In this document: one piece after another, positions 8,122-16,135 of the stretch | How the letters are laid out: every line of letters begins with the position of its first letter | Numbering within the stretch: the first letter of the stretch is position 1 | Source of the DNA: a virus | Lineage: Duplodnaviria; Caudoviricetes | IMG/VR virus record: IMGVR_UViG_3300036982_000553 | Span: 1 to 36,858 of that record | Reading direction: 5' to 3' (one strand) | DNA: 36,858 bases | Translations under genes and position numbers: made by a program | Notes under the pieces: generated by a model | What the model was told of the DNA's origin: nothing | Seen by the model: only the letters and a program-made list of their open reading frames with translations | Databases searched by the model: none

Positions 8122-8370
8122 CTACTGTGTTACCTCATGCTCTCCGAGGATTTCCTCGGGCTTCTCCTGTGGCTCGAGCAGTACCTTCGGCTCGATCAGG
8201 AACTTGTCGTCGAGCTCCATCCTGGCGATCGGGATTATGCGCTTGAAGTACTTGTCGTCCACCGTGATGTCGATGCGGGCGGCGTATTCCCCTGCGTGAA
8301 GCTCTGGGATTGACCTCTTCATGCTCACGACGCGGTTTCTGTTGAATGTCAGGTACACGCTGTCCTTCAT
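8122..8370 (-). CDS. Hypothetical protein
   Basis: GAGGTTGA RBS, ATGA overlap, genome-typical codon usage. Confidence 0.6.
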   Translation of the reverse strand: MKDSVYLTFNRNRVVSMKRSIPELHAGEYAARIDITVDDKYFKRIIPIARMELDDKFLIEPKVLLEPQEKPEEILGEHEVTQ

Positions 8371-8636
8371 GGTCTCAACCTCATTTGCCCGTTCTCGTTT
8401 CCGTTCTTGATGTTCTTGAACTCTGCCAGCTTGAGGTCGATCTTGACCTCACGCTTCAAGATGGCTTCCTGGATCTCATTGGCTACCCACGATGGCTGAA
8501 ATCCCTTGGTCTTGCAGACCTCGAAATAGCGGGAAAGGGTTTCGGTGATCTCCCTGACCAGACTCCGTTGGAGTGCCATCAGGTCCTCGACGACCTTCAG
8601 TTCCCTAGTCTCCTTCGGAGTCAACATGGTGATCAC
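8367..8636 (-). CDS. Hypothetical helical protein
   Basis: GTGA and ATGA coupling with both neighbours. Confidence 0.55.
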   Translation of the reverse strand: MITMLTPKETRELKVVEDLMALQRSLVREITETLSRYFEVCKTKGFQPSWVANEIQEAILKREVKIDLKLAEFKNIKNGNENGQMRLRP

Positions 8637-8926
8637 GGGAAGGTTTGGGCCATCGCCTTCACGACGAGACTGATAGCGCGGTCGTAGTCGCCCTTCGAGA
8701 TCTCGGCATCCTTCTTGGGCTTGATGCGTTTGGCGACGAAGTTTGACCTTGCCTTGGCCTCGACGTCCTGAATCGCCGTGTTGCGCGTCTTAAAGACGAA
8801 CTTCTCGGTGGTGGCGGTCACCTCGACGTACTCGACATCTCTGGTCGACACGTCAACTTCAGGCGTGGGTATGCTCTCCCCTGTTATCACGTCCTGCTGT
8901 ACTCCTACTGGCTTTCTTCGTGTCAT
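8633..8926 (-). CDS. Hypothetical protein
   Basis: Strong AGGAGGG RBS before ATG. Confidence 0.6.
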   Translation of the reverse strand: MTRRKPVGVQQDVITGESIPTPEVDVSTRDVEYVEVTATTEKFVFKTRNTAIQDVEAKARSNFVAKRIKPKKDAEISKGDYDRAISLVVKAMAQTFP

Positions 8927-8935
8927 GATTCCCTC

Positions 8936-9190
8936 CTATCTGATGTCTGCCCCACAATGTGGGCAACTCATGTCGCTCCCCTTTACGAACATCCCATCGA
9001 GGGAGCATTGGTATCGAACACTCGCGACGAGTGGTTCGAGTCTGAGATCCCGCCCGCAACTCCCACACCACATCGTTTCGTGGTCGACGAAACGACCGCA
9101 TCCAGGGCAATGATACCGCTTCGAACGTATCTTTCGGCCAACACGCATGAACGCCTCGAAGGTGAACTGCGACGTGGCCTTGGCCGTCAC
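8936..9190 (-). CDS. Double zinc-ribbon protein
   Basis: CPGC, CGSC, CSLD and CPHC motifs; GGAGG RBS and GTGA overlap place the start at 9190. Confidence 0.65.
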   Translation of the reverse strand: MTAKATSQFTFEAFMRVGRKIRSKRYHCPGCGRFVDHETMWCGSCGRDLRLEPLVASVRYQCSLDGMFVKGSDMSCPHCGADIR

Positions 9191-9369
9191 TCGGATGCCT
9201 CCTTGAGTCGGTTCATAAGTCGTTGAAAACGGTCCGTTGGAACGATGCGCCGGAGTTCCTGTTCCGCCTTCCCGCACTCCAGCATTATCCGAATGGATGC
9301 GAGAGAGCACTTGTCAGCGGCACACTCCTTGTTTCCACAGTTCTTGCATGACTCGCTCGACTCGCTCAT
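9187..9369 (-). CDS. Small Cys-rich protein
   Basis: CKNCGNKEC...C; ATGA overlap with the rusA stop. Confidence 0.55.
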   Translation of the reverse strand: MSESSESCKNCGNKECAADKCSLASIRIMLECGKAEQELRRIVPTDRFQRLMNRLKEASE

Positions 9370-9857
9370 CGGCGCTTCCTCCTGCTCAGCTCGAGGTTGA
9401 TGTTGTACTCGAGCGTTGCCTTGATCACCACTCCCTGCATGAGCGAACTGAACTGCCGCGTCGCGTGTAGGTCCATGACCTGCTTGTCGTCGGCATAGAA
9501 CACGCCTGTGAGCGCATCTAAGACGGCCCTAGCAAGCTTGTCCACATCCTTGCCCGTGATGTCCTGCACGACGTACCGTTGGGCACTTCGAGGTCGAACC
9601 CGCAAGAACTCGAGGTCGAGCTTCACCGCGTACTTGTCCGTCGGGTAGTTCTTGGCATCTCCCTTGTCCTTCACATCGAGCGCCATCGTGGTGATCAGGT
9701 TGCGCCACGACTTCAGATCGGCAGACCGCACATCAACGACCATCGCGCGGTGCGTGCGCGGGTTGACGAATGCGTTCTTCGACCCCTGGGGCACGGGTTG
9801 ACCAGGCACGAACAGGCGGTACTCGATGGTCTGAGGTGGCGGTAGGCCGTCAAACAT
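9366..9857 (-). CDS. rusA: RusA-family Holliday junction resolvase
   Basis: PGQPVPQGSK, DVDKLARAVLDAL and DDKQV carry the catalytic Asp/Lys pattern of RusA. Confidence 0.88.
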   Translation of the reverse strand: MFDGLPPPQTIEYRLFVPGQPVPQGSKNAFVNPRTHRAMVVDVRSADLKSWRNLITTMALDVKDKGDAKNYPTDKYAVKLDLEFLRVRPRSAQRYVVQDITGKDVDKLARAVLDALTGVFYADDKQVMDLHATRQFSSLMQGVVIKATLEYNINLELSRRKRR

Positions 9858-10119
9858 TGCGAGTCATCTCCTCTCGTGCCGCCTCGATGCCTTCCTTGAC
9901 TGCCATGCGTATCATCTCCTCCTGTGTCGCACGGATGCGAACGGTCGGAGTGTTGCAGGCTCGAATTGTCACTCCCTCGACCTCTACCGTCGTGTTGTAG
10001 ATCTGACAACGGTAGCACCCGATGGCCTTGGTGTCGGCACAGAGTTGATGCAGGGGGTTCTTGACCTCACGCCTGCTCTGCGTCATGACCTTTCGCACTA
10101 TCTCCTCGAGGTCGATCAC
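9850..10119 (-). CDS. Hypothetical protein
   Basis: Coupled to neighbours; C...CYRC...C motif. The start could be TTG 10128. Confidence 0.55.
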   Translation of the reverse strand: MIDLEEIVRKVMTQSRREVKNPLHQLCADTKAIGCYRCQIYNTTVEVEGVTIRACNTPTVRIRATQEEMIRMAVKEGIEAAREEMTRNV

Positions 10120-10385
10120 CGGCAACACCCCCTGGTCGCCTGGGGGTCCATTTGAAGGTCACCGCAAGCCGGTGATACAGTGCCCAACATCTCGGGAGGA
10201 GAAGTGAGTTGCTTGCGATGACGTACTTCTAGGCCCCCAGGCGCGGGTGTCGTGCACTCTGCCGCGACCTTCCCACACACCGGGCAGTAGATCTTGGTGC
10301 GTTCGACGACCATCACGAATCTGCACTTCGGGCAGACTGGTGGCTCATTGCGCAACGGACGAAGTCGCCGGGGCACTTCAATCAC
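10116..10385 (-). CDS. Zinc-ribbon protein
   Basis: CPKC-x12-CPVCG (CPxCG type). Confidence 0.55.
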   Translation of the reverse strand: MIEVPRRLRPLRNEPPVCPKCRFVMVVERTKIYCPVCGKVAAECTTPAPGGLEVRHRKQLTSPPEMLGTVSPACGDLQMDPQATRGCCR

Positions 10386-10638
10386 CTTGCCCAGTTATCG
10401 ATACTCGTACACTTAAAGCCTCTCCGAGTCGCCGTTCGACCGCTGATTGACGCTTCGATTTCTCTCGACATGAGACTGATGCACCGAATCTCTGGGTGTT
10501 GTCGGAGACCAGGTAGTTGTGCTGTTCATCCGGTGGCAGGGGCGCTATATCGACCATCGCCCTGCACCATCCACACTTCGTCCTGGTCGTGCCCGGGTTG
10601 CGCTTGATGACGTGTCCCGTCTCGCACTTGTACCTCAT
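10378..10638 (-). CDS. Zinc-ribbon protein
   Basis: CETGH...CGWC; GGAGGGT RBS before ATG 10638, just outside the left ORB-like element. Confidence 0.55.
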   Translation of the reverse strand: MRYKCETGHVIKRNPGTTRTKCGWCRAMVDIAPLPPDEQHNYLVSDNTQRFGASVSCREKSKRQSAVERRLGEALSVRVSITGQGD

Positions 10639-10655
10639 GGGTAACCCTCCAAAGA

Positions 10656-10850
10656 CCCCCCCTGTCATTTCTACTGGAGAAGCTGAAAAGTGTGTCTCGT
10701 CCCTCCCGCCGCACTCTAAAACACATTTCCGGTGGAGATTCCTTGAGTGAGTGAGTGATTAACTCTTTCGATAGATAGATATACCAACTCACTCAACAGA
10801 CAGGTCGTACACACTACTTCGAGAGTTCCAGTAGAAATGACAGGGGGGGG
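10656..10850. other. Putative replication origin of archaeal oriC type (inverted ORB-like boxes around an AT-rich core)
   Basis: Perfect 23-bp inverted repeat TCCAGTAGAAATGACAGGGGGGG at 10656-10678 (-) and 10827-10849 (+); mini-ORB-like TCCACCGGAAAT at 10725-10736 (-); AT-rich centre at about 10758-10784; largest non-coding gap in the genome. Confidence 0.75.
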
Positions 10851-10859
10851 CTGTTCCAC

Positions 10860-11147
10860 TCAGCCCCCCTCCTGTGTCGGACTTCCCTTCACTCCTCTTG
10901 CTTTCGGCTTCAGGTGATCAGGTCGTTCATCGAATGCCCGCGCCGACTCGGCTATGGCGACCTCCCTGATGGCAATCGACTCCTTGACGAGATGCTCTGC
11001 TTCGTCTCGGTTGGCTGAATCGAAGTAGGTTTTCAGCCGCTGATCGGCGGGGCCGTGCTCGAGGCAGTCGGTTTTCCCGCGCATCTCCTTGAGCTCCTCC
11101 TTGATGACCTCCCTCACGAGAGCCTTGAGTGCTAGGATGTCGATCAT
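10860..11147 (-). CDS. Hypothetical protein adjacent to the putative origin
   Basis: GGGGG RBS and ATGA overlap; stop lies 10 bp from the right ORB-like G-string. Confidence 0.6.
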   Translation of the reverse strand: MIDILALKALVREVIKEELKEMRGKTDCLEHGPADQRLKTYFDSANRDEAEHLVKESIAIREVAIAESARAFDERPDHLKPKARGVKGSPTQEGG

Positions 11148-11314
11148 TGGTCTATCCCCCGGACAGCCTTCTCGAACCTCTCTCGGTCGAATCGGTCGGT
11201 GTCGCTCTCGAACAGGGCGACGAAGGAATCCACAAGCTTCTCCTGCACCGCTTGCGTGTTCTCCTTCAAGATCTCTGCCACCGCCTCGTAGTGTCTCCTT
11301 GCGAAGTCGGACAT
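11144..11314 (-). CDS. Small conserved viral protein, 56 aa (not in the ORF track)
   Basis: Manual translation MSDFARRHYEAVAEILKENTQAVQEKLVDSFVALFESDTDRFDRERFEKAVRGIDQ; resembles a widespread phage family with RxHxxxIA...FxxDNxRFDxxRF; fills the gap exactly. Confidence 0.7.
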   Translation of the reverse strand: MSDFARRHYEAVAEILKENTQAVQEKLVDSFVALFESDTDRFDRERFEKAVRGIDQ

Positions 11315-11315
11315 C

Positions 11316-11789
11316 TCACTCACCCATCGTAGCCGCTGTCCCGTCCGGGTTGAGGAACATCCGGCACTCGAAGCAGGCCTGGTAGTCCTTACCCTTCGCC
11401 TCGCTGTGTGCGTCGATCTCGTCGTTCTCGCAGTTCGGGCAATGTTCGAAGTGGAGTTTCACTCTGTCGTACGCCCCCGTCCAGAATCTCATGGTCATGA
11501 GTTCGGTCATCGGGATCCGCTTACGCGGGTCCAGCGACTTCGGTTTGTACGGTGTGCCCGGTGCCCTCTCCTTCGTCGGTGCGGTCGCCGGCGGCGTCGC
11601 GGTCGTCGTCGGTGCGGGGGCGGTCGGCTTCGCGTCCGGCGTGAACACGTGGTGGTAATCTAGCACCACCATCAAGCCGTTGGCGGCTCTCACTCTGGCC
11701 TGCTCGTCCTTGATGTGGCCGAGCTTGTCGTATATCGCTTTGTGGGCTTCGACGGTCTCGTCGATCAGTTCTGTTGTCCTTGTTTTCAC
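11316..11789 (-). CDS. Hypothetical protein: helical domain, Pro/Thr linker, C-terminal zinc finger
   Basis: PTAPAPTTTATPPATAPT linker; CPNC...CFEC. Start GTG 11789 inferred from the upstream stop at 11794. Confidence 0.6.
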   Translation of the reverse strand: MKTRTTELIDETVEAHKAIYDKLGHIKDEQARVRAANGLMVVLDYHHVFTPDAKPTAPAPTTTATPPATAPTKERAPGTPYKPKSLDPRKRIPMTELMTMRFWTGAYDRVKLHFEHCPNCENDEIDAHSEAKGKDYQACFECRMFLNPDGTAATMGE

Positions 11790-11793
11790 CTTC

Positions 11794-12105
11794 TCACTTC
11801 TCCTTTGGCTGAAGAGGTTTGGTTTCAGAAAAAGAGTGATTGGGGTTCTCGACGCAGATCGGACAGATGTTCGGGTCGATGAAGCTCCCTGGTTTGTAGT
11901 TCCCTGCTTCGCAGACGGGGCAGTAGATTCGGTCACAGACTACACACTTCAGGACGGCGCACTTCACTTCGGAAACGACCGGGACGACCATCGTCTCGAC
12001 TGAGACTCTGAACCGTGTACCGCACAATGGGCAAACCATGAAGTCGACCTTTACAGGGAGGTCGAGTATGCGGCGGTCCCCGCACGACGGGCAGGTGATG
12101 ATCAC
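11794..12105 (-). CDS. Multi-CxxC zinc-ribbon protein
   Basis: CPSC, CPLC, CVVC, CPVC, CPIC; GGTGA RBS; GTGA overlap. Confidence 0.7.
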   Translation of the reverse strand: MIITCPSCGDRRILDLPVKVDFMVCPLCGTRFRVSVETMVVPVVSEVKCAVLKCVVCDRIYCPVCEAGNYKPGSFIDPNICPICVENPNHSFSETKPLQPKEK

Positions 12106-12566
12106 AGTCTCACCTGCTGTGGTTCCTCGAGCTCGTCGATGGTGTCGGTGATGCTGTGCATGTTCGGGTGATCTCGGTAGTCGGTCGCATCGGCGTAGTC
12201 AACTCCGAGTTGCACGATGATGCCCGAAAACCAAGTGTCGGCCTTATCCCCTAGTTGGTGCTTCTCGGCAATGCCGTGCGCCTCCTTGATCAGGTTGAAA
12301 ATGTGTTCTCTGATCTCCTTGAGTCTGAGGATGTCTGCTTCCCGGCGGAGCAGAAATACCGTACTCTTGAGATCGGCATAGACCTCGTACTCTACGGGCG
12401 CGTGGTCCCGTCCCAACTCGATCAGCTCGTCAGGTGTGAACGACGAGGGGTCGTACATCTGCACCCGGCGGCAGTAGAAGGGCCGCCCAGACTCGATGCA
12501 CTCCTGTGCTACCTTCATGGCTTCGTTGATGTCCTTGGTCTGAACTATGCCAATGTATCCGTTCAT
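12102..12566 (-). CDS. Hypothetical protein
   Basis: GGAGG RBS, ATGA overlap, 154 aa with genome-typical codon usage. Confidence 0.65.
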   Translation of the reverse strand: MNGYIGIVQTKDINEAMKVAQECIESGRPFYCRRVQMYDPSSFTPDELIELGRDHAPVEYEVYADLKSTVFLLRREADILRLKEIREHIFNLIKEAHGIAEKHQLGDKADTWFSGIIVQLGVDYADATDYRDHPNMHSITDTIDELEEPQQVRL

Positions 12567-12826
12567 GCGTGTGCCTCCTGTGATGCCTTCAGGCGACGGT
12601 CGTTCGCCTCGTTGATGATGTGGCTAGGGACCTCATAGAACACGTCGAATGAGTCCCCTGCGTTCGAGTGTACCTGCCGAACCTGCTTTACGGTGATGAA
12701 GCTCTCAGGCGGTGACCGACGGCCCCCGTTGTAGAGCCGGTGCTTCGCCCAGAACTCCTCGAGCGCGGCATCCCTCGAGGTGATGCCCTTGCCCGCGATG
12801 TGGTCCTTCAAGGTGGTCATGATCAC
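12563..12826 (-). CDS. Hypothetical protein
   Basis: GGAGGAGGCGGTGA RBS and overlap. Confidence 0.6.
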   Translation of the reverse strand: MIMTTLKDHIAGKGITSRDAALEEFWAKHRLYNGGRRSPPESFITVKQVRQVHSNAGDSFDVFYEVPSHIINEANDRRLKASQEAHA

Positions 12827-13041
12827 CGCCTCCTCCCTGGCCGCTGGGAGAGATGGATGACGAATGAGGTCGGTCTCTCTCCTCTGACGGAGTCCAACTC
12901 AGACCCATGTAGGATGACCGACTGTACCTTGAGTGTCGGGTGTTCTCTGGCAATCTCCTCGAGGTCTCGCCTGAGTCTCGTAACGCCTGTGTTGTCAAGC
13001 GCGGTCGCGTTCTTGATGGCGTCCTTGATGGTATGCGCCAT
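12823..13041 (-). CDS. Hypothetical protein
   Basis: ATG directly abuts the upstream stop; tiles the operon. Confidence 0.55.
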   Translation of the reverse strand: MAHTIKDAIKNATALDNTGVTRLRRDLEEIAREHPTLKVQSVILHGSELDSVRGERPTSFVIHLSQRPGRRR

Positions 13042-13293
13042 TCAGTCACGCTCCGGTGGGTTGTCGCTGTCAATCAGGTTCTCGAAGTTGTCAAGCGCGT
13101 ACTGATAGACGGTCTTGTCGTCGATCTCGATTACCTTCTGTTCTATGGTGACGAGCGCTCGCCCAGGCATTGACTCCTCGATGACAAGTTCGGCGTATCG
13201 CGCCGCGTCCTCATTATCGAAAACCTGCACTTCCTCGGTGAGTCCGTCGAGGTTGGTCACTACGACGTAGATGGTGTGTTCCATTGTGATCAC
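13042..13293 (-). CDS. Hypothetical acidic protein
   Basis: AGGTGA RBS/overlap; the start may be ATG 13284. Confidence 0.6.
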   Translation of the reverse strand: MITMEHTIYVVVTNLDGLTEEVQVFDNEDAARYAELVIEESMPGRALVTIEQKVIEIDDKTVYQYALDNFENLIDSDNPPERD

Positions 13294-13499
13294 CTGTCGA
13301 AGTCGTCAGCGGTGGCGAGTAGCTCATCCCTGAACGCCCGGATGATCTTCCTTGCGTATCTCCGCGCCCGTCGGCGTCCGGTTGCTCCCCTCGGCGGGTC
13401 ACCGAATGGCTTGCCGATCATGGCGGCGGCTCCCTCACGGCGGCGGAGAGCTAGAAGTTCCTTTTGCCAGTGCCCTGGGTTCTTTGGGAAGCGGCCCAT
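13290..13499 (-). CDS. Small basic (Arg-rich) protein
   Basis: ATG abuts the upstream TAG; RRRARRYARKIIR. Confidence 0.5.
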   Translation of the reverse strand: MGRFPKNPGHWQKELLALRRREGAAAMIGKPFGDPPRGATGRRRARRYARKIIRAFRDELLATADDFDR

Positions 13500-13781
13500 C
13501 TACTTCGCCCCCAAGATTTCGATTGCCTTCTGGCAGATCGGGCACCCGCACTTCTGAAGGTTCTCAATTACGCGTTCCGATCTGAGCACGGAACGCGCAA
13601 CTTCTCGCGCCTCCTGGGGGACGAGAATCCTCTCGGATGCTTCGTTGCTCGAAAGGCCACTCGCGGTCAATCTTGCCCACTCGCTTCCGCTGTCGGTCTC
13701 AAGCCCGAACTTCTGGCGGAGGCGGTTCAGCTCGCTGTCGGTCAGAGTCTTGCTCACGGTGTTCTTGGCGTTGTTTCGCAC
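13500..13781 (-). CDS. First gene of the early block; possible HTH regulator with CxCxxC
   Basis: GGTGA RBS; ARLTASGLSSNEASERI is HTH-like; CGCPIC. Confidence 0.55.
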   Translation of the reverse strand: MRNNAKNTVSKTLTDSELNRLRQKFGLETDSGSEWARLTASGLSSNEASERILVPQEAREVARSVLRSERVIENLQKCGCPICQKAIEILGAK

Positions 13782-13785
13782 TATA

Positions 13786-13826
13786 TCACCGTGTTGTAGA
13801 TGGCCCTATCTGTATTTAATCGTATT
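13786..13826 (-). promoter_or_regulatory. Archaeal-type promoter (TATA box TTAAATA) and GGTGA RBS for the early block
   Basis: Minus strand reads AATACGA-TTAAATA-CAG (TATA at 13813-13819), about 25 bp ahead of GGTGA (13786-13790) and GTG 13781, at the module boundary. Confidence 0.7.
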
Positions 13827-13834
13827 GAGGGTTT

Positions 13835-16135
13835 TCACACGTCTGTGTGCACCTCGAGCATGAGCCTGGTCACCTTCAGTTTGTAGGGCCTCTCAGCCAC
13901 TTGGATGGCGATGGTGGCGACCGCCGTCCCAAGGGTCGCCGCATCGTAGAGCACCACCTGCCCAATGGGCGTCCCACTCACCGTGTAACCGTTCCCTGGC
14001 ATGAAAGTGGCGGCGTAGATGTTATGAGAGGCACCACCGAATGTCACGGATGTCTTGGTGCATCTAACCCGTGTCTGCCCCGAGATCGCCGCCCCGGCCG
14101 CCGTCTGTAGTTCGGCATAGAGTATCGTCGTGGTGACCGCTGAGGCATGCCTGAGTCTCAGGTGATAGTTGTAGACGAGATCACCCGCCGCGCTGAAGTT
14201 CTCCGCAAGGCGAGATTTCATGCGCATTGCCTCCAGTTCGTCGTCCTTGGAGTAGTCGTAGTTCGTGATCGAGAGGATGGTCTGCCCCGGCATACACTTA
14301 ACCGAGCGCACGCAGAAGGTCGACGACAACCCGAGCTCCCCAATGTTGACCGTGATCACCTTGCCGCCACAGTTAGTTGTCGCGGCGGGGGCAACGGGTA
14401 GATACATGAGATCAGGGTAGCAACCGCCGACTGTGATTGTCCCTTCCCAATCGGTCCGGTTGATGGCGGCCAAGATGCGCGTAGCCTCGCTCTGCGCGAC
14501 TGCATACTCTCTCAGATTCTTGTCCGTCACGCGATGCTCAACTGGACCGAATAGGGCGCGGCTGGTCCAATCCACCGCCGAGGCATAGATGGGCGTGCGG
14601 TCTGCACTTTCCCCGATGACCACGACGGTGTTGACCTTGAGCGGGTTGGCCTTCTTGAGGTCGTAGTCAAGGATGCGGTGCTCGGTGTCGGTCGTCCCTG
14701 AGTCGGAGAAGGTGACCGCTGAGGCGTCGGTAACCTGGATGCGTGGGCGCACGCAGATATACTCGTACCCACCCGACCAGTAATCATAGACCATGAGTTG
14801 TCGGTTCGACAACCCAGCTTCCTCGAGGTCACATATCTGTTGAATACACTCGAGGGGGGTCTTGCCTGCCGTCCGATAGATGCCGAAAGTGTCCGAGATA
14901 CTGGACGAGACCGCGTCGTAGGACGTCCCAAAGACTAGATTGATCAGGTTTTCAAGCACCGCCTTCTTCGTGACCGTCCCATAGAAGTAGGTTACACAGG
15001 CGCGCTCGTAGTATGAGTTGGTGTCGGGGATGTCATTACTCTGTCCGTCTATCCACATCTCGTCGGCGTAGGATGCGTTCGCGTACGCCTGACTGACATT
15101 CATCTCCTTCCAGGGCGAATATTCGAGCGCGAATGCGGCGAAGTTGTAGGTCTGTTCTACCCAGGAAGTGTTGTAGTACCATGCCCTTGGGTTGAAGGTC
15201 CCACCATCGGTCCCGATCTGTATGTCCACCGTCGTGGTCGTCCCCGATGCCTTCACGACGAGGGCGTATCCCTTATCTGGCCGCAGTCGGTCGGCATATT
15301 TGAAGCCGTCGCCGGTATCGTTGTCGGGATACCAGGCACAGTCGAACCAGGTGGCGTCGGAGAGTCCGGTCGTCCAGTCATAGTAACATATCCAAGTGCC
15401 CGAAGGTCCCGTGAGCGCATCGCACTCCTGGATGCCTACGCGCAGGGATGCGGTGTTAGAGGCTCCACCGTACACGCTGATATGCCACTTGTTGATGTGG
15501 TCGCCGTCCTTGCCAGAGAAGGGCTGGGCATACTGCTTGGTCGCATTGTCGAGCGTGACCGATGATGTGCGTGCGCTCGAGTACACTTTGATGTCATGCC
15601 GCAGACAGAGACTCACAAACAGAGGGGGGGCTACCCAGCCGGTGTCTAGGGTGTCGATGCGGGCAGGCCATGTAGGAGCCGCCGCATAGACCAACAACCG
15701 CTCGTACTCCTCACGGTAGGATGCCGCCCAATAGAAGTCCGCGATGATGCGTCCGAGCTTCGCAAGTGCGCTCTGGCATTCCACCTCGAGCAGTCCTCCT
15801 GCCGTCTGCTTGATCGAGACTATCTGCCCATGAAAGTACCGCGTCTTTGCGCTCGTGAGTGTCGGATACATCGAGAATTGCACCTCGAGCCCGCCGATCA
15901 GCGTGCCCGTGTTGAGCGTCGCGTCGTAGCTCCCGGAGGTGAGCCCTGAGTCCCAATTGTCAAAGGTGACTTTGAGTGCCATCGGGTACGATTCGTCGAC
16001 CTCCCACGAATAATCGGTTATGCGTTTCTGCGCATCGGTGTCGGTCTGCGCGAAGGTGAGTGTGTTGGAGGCGGTCTCACCTGGATACTTCCCTGCAACG
16101 GTGGCGATCTTGAGTTCGAACCGCTCGTCAGTCAT
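13835..16135 (-). CDS. Baseplate hub / tail tip protein with inserted beta-sandwich domain
   Basis: Largest ORF and last in the tail module; YFHGQIVSIKQ...LEVEC, KTPLECIQQI and VNTVVVIG are hub-like segments; aromatic-rich central insert. Confidence 0.65.
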   Translation of the reverse strand: MTDERFELKIATVAGKYPGETASNTLTFAQTDTDAQKRITDYSWEVDESYPMALKVTFDNWDSGLTSGSYDATLNTGTLIGGLEVQFSMYPTLTSAKTRYFHGQIVSIKQTAGGLLEVECQSALAKLGRIIADFYWAASYREEYERLLVYAAAPTWPARIDTLDTGWVAPPLFVSLCLRHDIKVYSSARTSSVTLDNATKQYAQPFSGKDGDHINKWHISVYGGASNTASLRVGIQECDALTGPSGTWICYYDWTTGLSDATWFDCAWYPDNDTGDGFKYADRLRPDKGYALVVKASGTTTTVDIQIGTDGGTFNPRAWYYNTSWVEQTYNFAAFALEYSPWKEMNVSQAYANASYADEMWIDGQSNDIPDTNSYYERACVTYFYGTVTKKAVLENLINLVFGTSYDAVSSSISDTFGIYRTAGKTPLECIQQICDLEEAGLSNRQLMVYDYWSGGYEYICVRPRIQVTDASAVTFSDSGTTDTEHRILDYDLKKANPLKVNTVVVIGESADRTPIYASAVDWTSRALFGPVEHRVTDKNLREYAVAQSEATRILAAINRTDWEGTITVGGCYPDLMYLPVAPAATTNCGGKVITVNIGELGLSSTFCVRSVKCMPGQTILSITNYDYSKDDELEAMRMKSRLAENFSAAGDLVYNYHLRLRHASAVTTTILYAELQTAAGAAISGQTRVRCTKTSVTFGGASHNIYAATFMPGNGYTVSGTPIGQVVLYDAATLGTAVATIAIQVAERPYKLKVTRLMLEVHTDV

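Noticed and set aside
10526-10792. 88-aa minus-strand ORF across the putative origin
   Set aside because: Atypical composition, overlaps the gene at 10378-10638 out of frame, and runs through the inverted repeats; more likely non-coding.
10656-10850. 23-bp inverted repeats as MITE/IS ends or an invertible segment
   Set aside because: No target-site duplication seen, no transposase or invertase in the genome, and the motif with its G-string resembles an ORB. Not formally excluded.
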